A stretch of 64,000 bases of DNA, taken from positions 16,182,001 through 16,246,000 of the forward strand of contig OX597832.1 of assembly GCA_951406725.2 (NCBI GenBank). Direction: 5' to 3'. The notes beneath the pieces were generated by a model. That model had not been told where the DNA came from, ran no database searches, and worked only from the letters and a program-made list of their open reading frames with translations. Position 1 is the stretch's first letter, and each line of letters opens with the position of its first letter. Source of the stretch: Octopus vulgaris. Lineage: Eukaryota. A program made the position numbers and the translations under genes. Shown piece by piece: positions 53,417 to 64,000 of the stretch.

Positions 53417-53894
53417 GCATGTGTGTGTTTTGCGGGTGTGTTTTTTAGTGAGTATATATAATTACACACATAAATAAGTATACAGATACATATAATTGTA
53501 TATATACATATACACATATATATATATATATATCTATATATGTGAATGTGTGTGCGTGTGTAAGTGTGTGCATATGTGCCTGTGTCTGTGTCTGTGTGAG
53601 TCTGTGGTTGTGTGTGTCTGAGTGCCTTTGTAAGGCATCACATATCTACTATTCTGCTATTGATTAAGTTATCATATAATTCTATATTGAATACTTGTAT
53701 TTGTGTATCACATTCGCAGTTATACAACGTCACAAAACAGTATTATCTTAATAGGTTTAGTGGCATTGAAAACACATTTGAAAGAAGGAGATGGTCATCT
53801 TTTCATGGGGACGAATTTGTTTCCCATTGGTAGCCATCATATTTTGGCAAACTGGTAAGAACCACTGGGTGTTCTTTAGTAAGTCACGTATGTG

Positions 53895-53896
<2 letters not shown>

Positions 53897-53970
<74 letters not shown>
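53897..53970. repeat. (ATT)n microsatellite
   Basis: Direct reading. Confidence 0.95.
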
Positions 53971-54906
53971 GGCATATTGTAAACCCATATGTACATCAAA
54001 TATGGTGTGCGTACCTATAATCAGGGAATGTGTTGATTAAAATCAAAAGTAACTGATCCCCCTGTATTTTTCCTCTATTTCCTTTTACCAAAAGCCAGGA
54101 CATATTCAGCACTTAATAAAGGTCTATATGCCTGTGTGCGTGAATGCACGCACAAATACAGAATCGTCTAATACTTTTCTCGTCTAATACTTTTGTTTAT
54201 TCTATTTGAATATCGATGTGTGCTATGTAGTGAAGCGAAGTGTGTAAATTCGTGAGTCAATCGGTTCTTTGTTGTTTACATTTTTAAATAACCCATCCCT
54301 GTAGCGATCCTGTCGAAAAGAATATTAAACTTTGTTTTACGGTACTTGCTTCAAAGTAATATTGAGAAAATATTTTAAAATTATGCAGCTTGAATATAAA
54401 TGACTATAAAAAAGCCAATCATTTGCTCTACGTATTTCATTTTTTTTAATATATTGTTACCTGGAGTTTAGGTGATATTTTTTCATAGCCGTTCAGTAAT
54501 TATGAATAGAGATGTGATAATCTGTCGTCGAAAGAATCTAATTAATATTCCGTAAATCTCAATGATTTGTTATGTAAAAATATACGTACTTCCACGTACT
54601 TCCACAATACGCCAGCCAGGATTTTATGCTATGCCAAACCAAGAATACAGAGCTTTTTTCCCTAAAATAATTTGCTTTCTACATAGTACCAGTTAGCTTT
54701 CTTTCTATATTTTTTTCTGTATAAACAAGGCATATTTGACTAATCGGATATAAAGTTATATATCTTGTATTCTCATATATGAGGACTAATTTATGAGAAA
54801 AGAACTACATGAATCATCACGGGAGTAACGTATCAATTACTTTCTTCGGTATGTTGCTTTTTCTTATGATATAAGCATCGTTGATTGAACGTTAATAAGA
54901 AACCAA

Positions 54907-55288
54907 TCTCTCTCCATATAAACGGTAGTTTGTCTGTCTGCGTGTCTGTGTGTCTGTTAGGTTGTACCCTCACCCTGACGACGGCTTTCAACCGATTCTG
55001 ATGAAACTTGACACACACATAGCCCAATGTCATAATGCAAAACTAACACAGCGAAAATTTTGAAAAGTTCCCTCAGTTCTGAAAAAAATCGATAAATTCG
55101 ACATGGGGTCGAGGATCAGAAACACAAACCACAGACTGTCTAGGGGACGCAACTCGACATTTTTAACTAAAAAAAAATTTACCATCATTTTCTTTTCATT
55201 TTTTTGCTATTTTTTGGCTATAACTCTCTAAAAATGCTTTATAGTTATTTCCCTTACAAACCCGAGCAACGCCGGGCGATACTGCTTG
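54907..55288 (+). mobile_element. Non-autonomous Helitron
   Basis: Inserted A^T, begins TC, has subterminal (GTCT)-like repeats, a 3' GC-rich hairpin CCCGAGCAACGCCGGG and then CTTG (CTAG variant). No TSD. Confidence 0.72.
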
Positions 55289-55696
55289 TCATTTATATAA
55301 CTCATCTCATAAAAACAGATTATTATGTATTCTCGTGCTTCACAATGTGGAACGGATTTCGTTTCAAATTTGTTTGCGTATATTTCCATGATTTTAAATT
55401 TACTCATATATATATATATTAATAAAATCTGTATATATAAATATCTAAATGCGCCGTAACTAATATTTCTCTTATCGCATCTCTGTGTTCCTCCGTAGCA
55501 CTTTCTATCTCTGACTGTCAACACACATAATGTCGTTTTATTAAGTTTAAGTCACCCATCAGGTTTGTTCTACACGTTCAATTGCAATCGAAAAGACTAC
55601 TATAATTCTCTATTGAGACATGGGCTCATTTCCACCTTGTTTTCTCTTTACTTTAAATTACTTATTTGCACACATACATCATTTGTCTGCTTATAA

Positions 55697-55762
<66 letters not shown>

Positions 55763-55765
<3 letters not shown>

Positions 55766-55930
55766 CGTAGGAGTGGTAAGTAGCCTGCTTCCGAACTACA
55801 TGGTTCCGGTTTCAGTCCCACTGCGTTGTACCTTCGACGAGTGTCTTCCACTCTACCCTCAGGCCAACCAAATCCTTGTGAGTGGATTTGGTAGACGGAA
55901 ACTAAAAAAACGCCAGTTGTATAAATAAAT

Positions 55931-55970
<40 letters not shown>

Positions 55971-56176
55971 AGTATGTGTGTGTGAGTGCGTGTGTGTGTG
56001 TATGTTTCTGTGTCTGTGTTTGTCCCCCAAACATCGCTTGAAAACCGATGCTGGTGTGCTTACGCCCACGTAACTTAATAAGTACTAGGCTTACAAATAA
56101 TAAGGTCTGGAGCCGATGTGCTCGACTAAAGGCGGTGATCCAGCATGGCGACAGTCAAATGACTGAAACAAAAAGT
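55763..56176 (+). mobile_element. tRNA-derived CORE-type SINE with internal microsatellite and LINE-like tail
   Basis: Head GGCGTAGGAGTGGTAAGTAG...GGTTTCAGTCCC; CORE-like GTACCTTCGACGAGTGTCTT; internal (TA)/(TG); tail GGCGGTGATCCAGCATGGCGACAGTCAAATGACTGAAAC (56131-56169). Confidence 0.8.
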
Positions 56177-56184
56177 TGTAAAGA

Positions 56185-56232
<48 letters not shown>

Positions 56233-56929
56233 ATTATTGATAGTTAGCGTATGTAATAATTACAAGCTAACAGTGTAACACTTTCATTTTAGCACACTAA
56301 ATCAAAATTCACAATATATTACAGAATTTGTGGTTCTGAGCATATACAGGTTTGTAGAATAATAATTGTTAGATATTTAATTAGTTTCTGTGTGTTGACT
56401 ATAGATACTATCTTTTAACTATTGGTGGAATAACTAAGCAGTGGTTTGTTTGTTAATTCTATACATACACACACACGCACACATATATATGTACATATAT
56501 ATGTATGTGCGTGTAGCTGAATAGTATATCAGTGGTTAATTTTTGTTATTTCGTCACCATGGGACTCGCTGGATATTTTTACACATATTTAAATGCTCAG
56601 ATCATCAAATTGTGTTAAATATTATGTTAGGTTTGTGTATGCATTGCTAGACCTGTTGTAAGTTTTCTAAGCATTCCTTAAACATAGATTGTTATCTGTA
56701 TAGAAGATACTATAGCGATAACTAACATGCAGGGAATCGTAGGAGGTGAAGATAAAATATGTCAGAATTTTGTTTAGTGGAATCAGCAATGTGTCTCAAT
56801 AATTTTCAAAAACCAAAACATTATACAGTGTATGTCCAATGAACTAAAACATGATCCAATACAAAAATAGCAAATACGCAGAAAAATGTACGAAGTGAAA
56901 CATGTTGTCATAATGTTTGTTATCCATAA

Positions 56930-57530
56930 GGCGGTGAGCTGGCAGAAACGTTAGCACGCCGGACGAAATGCGTAGCCTCACTTCGTCTGCCGTTACGTTC
57001 TGATTTCAAATTCCGCCGAGGCCGTTTTTGCCTTTCATCCTTTCGGGGTCGATTAAATTAAGTACCAGTTACGCACTGGGGTCGATATAATCGACTTAAT
57101 TGGTTTGTCTGTCGTTGTTTGTCCCTCTCTGTGTTTAGCTCCTTGTGGATAGTAAAGAAATAGGTAGTTCGTCTGCCGTTACGTTCCGAGTTCTAATTCC
57201 GCCGAGGTCGACTCTGCCTTCCATCATTTCGGGGTCGATAAGTTTAGTAGCAGGGTCGATGTAATCGATTTAATCCCTGTGTCAGCCATTGTTTATCCCC
57301 TCTATGTTTAACCCTCTTGTGGACAATAAAGAAATAAGAAACGTTAGCACGCTTGGCGTGCTTACCGGTATTTCGTCTGCCGTTATGGTCTGACTTCAAA
57401 TTCCGCCGAGGTCGACTTTGCCATTCATCCATTGTGGGGTCGATAAATTAAGTACCAGCTACGTACTGGTGATGATCTAACCGACTAGCCCCCACTCCCA
57501 AAATTCCGGGTCCTGTGCCTAGAGTAGAAA
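56930..57530 (+). mobile_element. tRNA-derived Deu/Nin-type SINE, complete three-unit composite
   Basis: Units start at about 56930, 57163 and 57337, the same junction pattern as 1303-1800. It ends with a distinct tail CCCCCACTCCCAAAATTCCGGGTCCTGTGCCTAGAGTAGAAA. Confidence 0.88.
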
Positions 57531-58589
57531 CTTATATATGTTATCCCTGATGAGGTTGTCAATTTTCCTTTGTATAATACTCTCTTATGAATAATTGCTC
57601 TATCAACATATCCACTGAAAATTATATGAATAGTAAATATTTGTTGCCCAATAAAGTACATTAGATTAGGAATGAGTAAATGTTATCGCCAACCAGTAAT
57701 TGAATGATACTTTATATACCTCTCTAGAATTGACGAAAAGCAATATTGTCATGGATGATATTTGAACTCAGAAAGAAATTAGCGCAGTGACTTAAATCTC
57801 CACATTTTTCAAAAGCCTTAACGATTCTACAATCTCGAAGCCTCATAGTATTATTACGAATCCATTCTACAAAAAGAAGTGGATGAAGAAGAACAGAGCA
57901 ACGTCAAAATTACCTCTAAAATAATTAACACTCATGGCGACTCCAATATACACTACACTCTTCGTGTACATGTATAGCAGCGTGTTAAACTATCAAAAAT
58001 CGATGCTTACAATTCATACTATAGTTTTATACACTTTTATGTTTGAAACATCTGATAACTATTTTCACGCTCAAGTGATTACTTATGGACCGTCTTCCTA
58101 ATATATTTAAGGAAAAAATATAGCACACACACAGCAGGAAGAAGTGATTAATAATTTTAATGATAGATTGATCAAGTTCAATGTTATTTGCAAAATTTTG
58201 ATTTGAAATATAAAATACTAATCAAGAGTCAATTTATACTAATTGTTCACTTTTATACCATATCTGATCTTTAGACCTAGAAGAAATTATTTCCATTTTA
58301 GAGATTGCTTACTGCAATTTTCTCTGACCTTTGTGGCATTGTGGTAAAATGTATGTTATTCATTAATGCTAAAATGAGAAATAGTAATTTTGCATTACTC
58401 ATATTAGAAAATGTAGTAATATTTATTGTAATTAATAAAATGGCAGGCAAATGATATAACACAGGCTGTGTATATATAAATCCCCAAATAGCTTAATATC
58501 AACCTTCTACTTATTTTGTTAACTCTGTCTATCCCTACGTCAATGTATGTGAATGTAAGTTATATGTCTGTGTGCATGTGTGTGTGTGT

Positions 58590-59035
58590 GTTCTTTTACT
58601 TACTTCAACCAGAAGCTAGGGAATACTGGAACACCGCCTTTCGGTGTATTTGGATTTCTTTTATGTACTGCTATTGGTAAAGTAACGACGAGGACGTTGC
58701 TGCTCTTCTACGTCTCTTTTTCCACAATACGATTCAATTTCTCCAGCGCTGATCACTTAAGAAATGTACATCTACTCCACGCAAATCTCATAGGTTGTTT
58801 TGTAGATTTTGAACAGTTCTGGTTCCTTGAAACACAAGCTGTTACAATACTGGTTTGTTATTCGAGATGGAAACCTCGAAAACTTTGGTAGTATGCACCA
58901 CATTTCGGAGGTAGACCTTCCAGGATCTTCCATGTGTATATCACGGCATATCTTTAACGACTTCTGCCTTGGGAGTAGAGGTATAATTTTTTTAAAGTCT
59001 CCCGAGAGCGAGATGGGAATTGTCGAAGGACGATG
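58590..59035 (-). mobile_element. Old 5'-truncated relative of the CR1-group LINE
   Basis: Minus strand LKKLYLYSQGRSR*RYAVIYTWKILEG and YCNSLCF...ELFKI...DLRGVDVHF align with the ORF2 C-terminus (LKRLKLYSLERRRERYAIIYIWKILEG; FCDSLSF.GPQLFN...DLHGVDKDVF). Degenerate tail AAGGCGGTGTTCCAGTAT at about 58623-58640. Confidence 0.8.
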
Positions 59036-59217
59036 AAAGATTAATATATAAGGAAAAACAGAAAACTGTATATATATAAATATGTGAAAAAACCCAATAT
59101 AAACAAATGTTAACGGAATGTTTCAAAATCATTTTACGTAACTAAATAAATTTCGTTTCAGTTTTATTTTTAACAGAAAATCTCGTTAAAAGTTTATGGT
59201 ACAGTAATGAATAAGAT

Positions 59218-59340
59218 GTGGAGGCGAGTGGCGCACTGGTTAGAGTGTCAGTATCGTGATCGAAAGATCGTGGTTTCAATTCCTCTAACGGGCGACGCGT
59301 AGTGTTCTTGAGCAAAACATTTCATTTCACGTTGGTCCAC
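59218..59340 (+). mobile_element. tRNA-derived CORE-SINE 5' fragment
   Basis: GGAGGCGAGTGGCGCACTGGTTAGAG (A box), GTGGTTTCAATTCC (B box), CORE-like GTGTTCTTGAGCAAAACATTTCATTTCAC. Confidence 0.7.
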
Positions 59341-60303
59341 GTTTGGGGAAAATTTGTCTGCGGTCCTTCGAAGATCGAACATGCATACAAGCTCATTCAT
59401 GTATTTGTTGTAAACAAACACTGACCCAAGGATAAGAGGTACTTAGTTTTTCGTATCATTACTCAATTTTTGAAAGCCTAATAGTCCTATAATAATTCCC
59501 TAAAGAAATAAGTGTTTGATTCAAGGATTGATCAGAAACAGACTGTGTTCCTTCATTTTATAAAGCATATTTAGATCAGAATAAATTCTTCAATTTAAGA
59601 GCGCAATGAAAAAATATATTTTTCATCAAAGTGCTTATCAAATCTTATATTCTTTAAAATATACTGAAGCAGACAAGGCATAAAAAATATGAATATATTC
59701 AAAGTAATTATTTCGGTAACATGTACTTAAGTTCACATAAGCCGGAGATATGCTTTGACCCACAGTGTTTCAGTATGTTTTTAACAAAGATTTCTTCATA
59801 TACATACACATATACATATATCCACACGTACATACACAGACTGTCACACTAATACAAATAGATATGCGAGTGTATCAGGGAGAGAAAATAGACTCCATTG
59901 ACAAAAAACAGACACAAAATATTGAGAACAAAATAAATGGAATTAAATGCAGATATGTATGAATATTTTTGTCAATGGAATATAAAAGTTTAAAAGTTTA
60001 ACTTTAGAATAAATGGCTTGCGTATCTTTCCGAGGTTTCTCACTTTGGAAATTTCTATTGGGTTAAAGCACTGATAAAGAAATACATTCTATATATTGTT
60101 TTCCATCAACGCTATTCATCCTAACACGAACTGTTCATAGTTGAAAGGCTTCATACATTCAATATCCAGAATGTTAGAAAAGCTGAAAGAAATATAAAAT
60201 TACACAAGAAAGATAAGACGGTTACAAGATGTAATTGTTCATACGTTCTGCTATTCATCTTTATATTTTTGCCCAGTCATATATACAGAGACAAGCACAT
60301 ACT

Positions 60304-60377
<74 letters not shown>

Positions 60378-60721
60378 GTTTATAGCATAATAATTTATAT
60401 CATACGTTATTTTATATGTGTGTGTGAATGTGCATGTCTGTGTTTGTATGCTTATTTATCTATGTGTGTTTGTGCGTGCGCTTCTGTGTATTTCAAGAGA
60501 GCAGAAGACACCTACGGCTATATATATATGTTGATAATGCATACATATGTACATCGCAGCACATATTTCAATTGATAGGTGCAGCGGGAATTTTTCGTCG
60601 AAAAGACTATTTAAATAGATGGAAATATATTGATACATGTGTATGTGAGTCTTTGTGTGTTTGAGTAGGGATATGAGGAACGTGCTCTATAAATTTATAT
60701 ATATAAATATATGTATATATG

Positions 60722-60815
<94 letters not shown>

Positions 60816-60845
60816 ATATATGCATAAATATATGTCCGTGTATAC

Positions 60846-60882
<37 letters not shown>

Positions 60883-60938
60883 TCTGCAAGTATACGTATG
60901 CATATATATATCTATATATGTATGTATCTCTCTCTCTT

Positions 60939-60976
<38 letters not shown>

Positions 60977-61268
60977 CTGAGTGCATAAAATTGTGAGTGC
61001 ATGTGTTTGTTTCCGTCTCAGATACGCATACTCACGTTCTTAGTAGTACGTTAGTCAGAGCTTTTCAGTTTGTGTATATGCGTGATTTTTATGAGTGTAT
61101 ATGAATGCATCTTTGTTTAAGATCCAATAAATGGAATGTGATAACACAAAATGAGTATTGATGGTAATGAATATGAAATAGTGAATATTAATATTACTCA
61201 TAACTAATATTGACGAGAGTATAATGAATGTGTACTCAGTTAATATTGATTTCTAATGTAAATAAAGA

Positions 61269-61270
<2 letters not shown>

Positions 61271-61335
<65 letters not shown>

Positions 61336-61337
61336 CA
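61271..61337. repeat. (CA)n microsatellite, one of dozens of TA/CA/GA tracts in the window
   Basis: Direct reading. Confidence 0.95.
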
Positions 61338-62164
61338 AGGACATAAACTCTGCCACCTCTACTGCATTGGCTAATCCGAGGACCATTCTATTGTTTTCGG
61401 GATAATTTCATAACCTATTTTCTAACATAGCACTTCGTACTCAAGATATGTTCAATAATGGCTAAGCCCTTTGAGTGTCTAATATCTGGACTTGTCGTGG
61501 GGTTAAAAAGCAGGTACGTTTATGTCCATGTCTCCCTGTCACCAATGTCATTCACACACACACACACACTCCCACACATGTTTCTTTTAATTCGTCTAAA
61601 CACATCAAAAGATTAACACTTCTCCGACAGGTCAATAAATATCCTAAAGCATTCAATGAATATAAAACATATTTGCCTCTCCAACTTTATCCATGTCATT
61701 TATATATCCATTTCAACTGTTCCATGTTCGATACCCAAAACACACCGATTCTGCTATATCCATTACTTTACATTACCATCGTAGTCAAGATTGCTTAGTC
61801 GATATGAATAACTAAACACAGTGATCAGCTTGGAGACTTTTTTCCTGTGTCACAAGAATCTATAGTAAAACATAGTATTTTAATCACAGTTACACACACG
61901 CGTGCGCGTCCATATTTTTCTATGTGTCTCGAACTTGTCAAATAAAATTCAGTTTAACAAGTTCAAAGAAACGAACAAAAGCGCTATTATTAATAAGTAA
62001 ACAAGATTTTTTCAAAACCTCTCGCAATCTTTTTTATCAATATTCAACATTTGTACACCACAACTAACGCTTTATACAGTTACACACACGCTTTATACAG
62101 TTACACACACACGCGTGCGCGCGCGCGTGCTTGCTTTGACTGATAAGCACTAAAGCTTGCTTTT

Positions 62165-62325
62165 ATTCTCTCTTTGTTTATTTTATCGTGTTGCTTTCTC
62201 TTGAAGAGCGTAGGCTCGAAACATAAATGACTTTCTCACATTCCCGAGCGGTAAATGAATACACCTCCTTTTTATTTACACACCTTTCCCCGCGTTTTGG
62301 TTTTTTTGTAAATTCCAACTATGTA
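62165..62325 (+). repeat. Dispersed repeat with degenerate hammerhead-like motif
   Basis: CTCTTGAA-GAGC(GTAG)GCTC-GAAACATAAATGACTTTCTCAC; homologous to 37740-37870. Confidence 0.6.
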
Positions 62326-63530
62326 AGTATGTACAACTTTCTTCACCACAGTTTCCATCGTCATCATTATCTAAGAAGTCATTTGTCGGCAAAGTCTTCA
62401 GTATTTGGCACTTGTCTAAGATTGAACCCGGGACCATTTGGTTTCAAAGCCAGTTTCCTAATCACACAGTCATGTCTCCTTCTAAACATATAATTTTAAG
62501 TATGACATGCATTTTAAATGTGTTTGGTAACTTTATGATTCATATAGCAACTAGCAGCTGGGTCCTTGTTTCTAACTGTTACTCAAAGGTAAATATTACA
62601 TTGTCTGATAATGTGGCATCTGAGATATCGCACAAAACAAATTATAATTAACAAGATTATTACCTCCAGAGTATTAAATATTAATTTGAAAATATAAGTA
62701 GACATCGAGTCAATCTATCATACAAATAAAAAGCCAATACTATTATGATGTAGACTATGTTTGTTATAAGCTAACATAATATGCAAGACACGATTCCGCA
62801 AAAGTATTTTGGTATGAGTCAATAAAAGAATAACACCTAGCATTACTTAAAAATTACTCATTGCTGAATTTTAAAATGGCAAAATGACTAAATAAGTCAA
62901 TTCAGGAACAAACGAAAATATGTAGGTTCCTTCTTTTTATGAGTGACAACGTCGTCTTCAATATTTTGTGTCGTGCTTTCAAATAGTAGGAATGCTTCAA
63001 TGGATTTTAGTCATAATCAACCGCACCACAATATAGCGGTTAAAATATTAATTGTAAAGAAACAAGGCTACATTTCATATAACCATCTTCTAGAATCAAT
63101 TTCAAACGATGTGTTAACGATGGGTCATTTTAGTTACTGCCCGAATGATGTTGTCCAACTTCTGCACGTTGACCAAAGTATCTAGTTTACACGCATAAAT
63201 AAATGACAAACGAGATCACAGGATAAAGTTCTTTCACTAGAAGCCACAAACTAAGATTTAAACAAGCTCTTCAGAAAGATAGTACTTATTAAATCAGGCG
63301 GTGTTTAAACTACAGACAAGGTGATACATGCAAAGTTACACACGGCAATAACGTATGGCACAGTACTATATATAACAGGGAACATATCTGCTTCGTGTAT
63401 GTGTGGCTATGTTTGTATATAGGTATCTATGTGCATGTATGTGCAAGTATCAGCAGACAGGTATACGTATATATATTTTGGTGTGTATATATGTGAGAGT
63501 TTGCGTATGAGATTATAGGTTAAAAACATG

Positions 63531-63635
<105 letters not shown>

Positions 63636-63789
63636 TACATGCGCCTCTATGTATATACACATCCACCTTCACTTGAAACGCACACATACTTACCGATACG
63701 TATTTATAAGCATTATACGAATCCCAGCGATAAACTTAATTATAGTAATGGGTGTCACTGCCATTCCCCCGTAGGGTGTTTAAAAATAT

Positions 63790-64000
63790 TGTTAAACACA
63801 TTAGCAATTCATCTTTACCATAAAGTTTGATGTAATTCATGCATAACAAGTCGTTGAGTTGGCGATTCTTTTTGAGACATCCCCAGAATTCGCTTTCCTC
63901 AGAATCAATGTTGGTGGTATCATGCACAGTACAACTTTTAGTGGGTCAAGCGGTCCATATTTCTCCCCATTTCTGTTGTCCCAAAATCTCTTCCATATGC
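63790..64000 (-). mobile_element. R4/Dong-clade RT fragment running off the window edge
   Basis: Minus-strand PLDPLKVVLCMIPPTLILRKANSG and [17 protein letters not shown] correspond to SPLLFVLCMIPLTLILRK and NHLLFMDDLKLY. Confidence 0.75.

Overview
AT-rich, microsatellite-dense animal DNA with no recognisable host protein-coding gene. It reads as intergenic or large-intron sequence, and the SINE/LINE repertoire suggests an octopus or other coleoid genome (inference). Almost all ORF-track entries are microsatellite or antisense artefacts. The real coding content is transposon-derived: a near-intact CR1-group LINE (18.3-22.2 kb, minus; CCCH-type ORF1 and APE-RT ORF2 with one in-frame stop) plus an old truncated relative, R4/Dong-like elements in (TAA)n tracts, mariner and DD37D transposase remnants, L1/Tx1 and Penelope-like remnants, Helitron-like elements and several tRNA-derived SINEs. 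Three non-coding signals stand out. (1) A 352-bp terminally redundant element with a type I hammerhead ribozyme fold (retrozyme-like, 34157-34542) lies next to a second, core-intact hammerhead, with further degenerate hammerhead motifs elsewhere. (2) A 5S rRNA-derived SINE candidate, a tRNA-SINE and the LINE share a 39-nt 3' module whose hairpin is conserved by compensatory changes. (3) There are several long inverted repeats. All calls come from reading the sequence and recalled family motifs; no searches were run.
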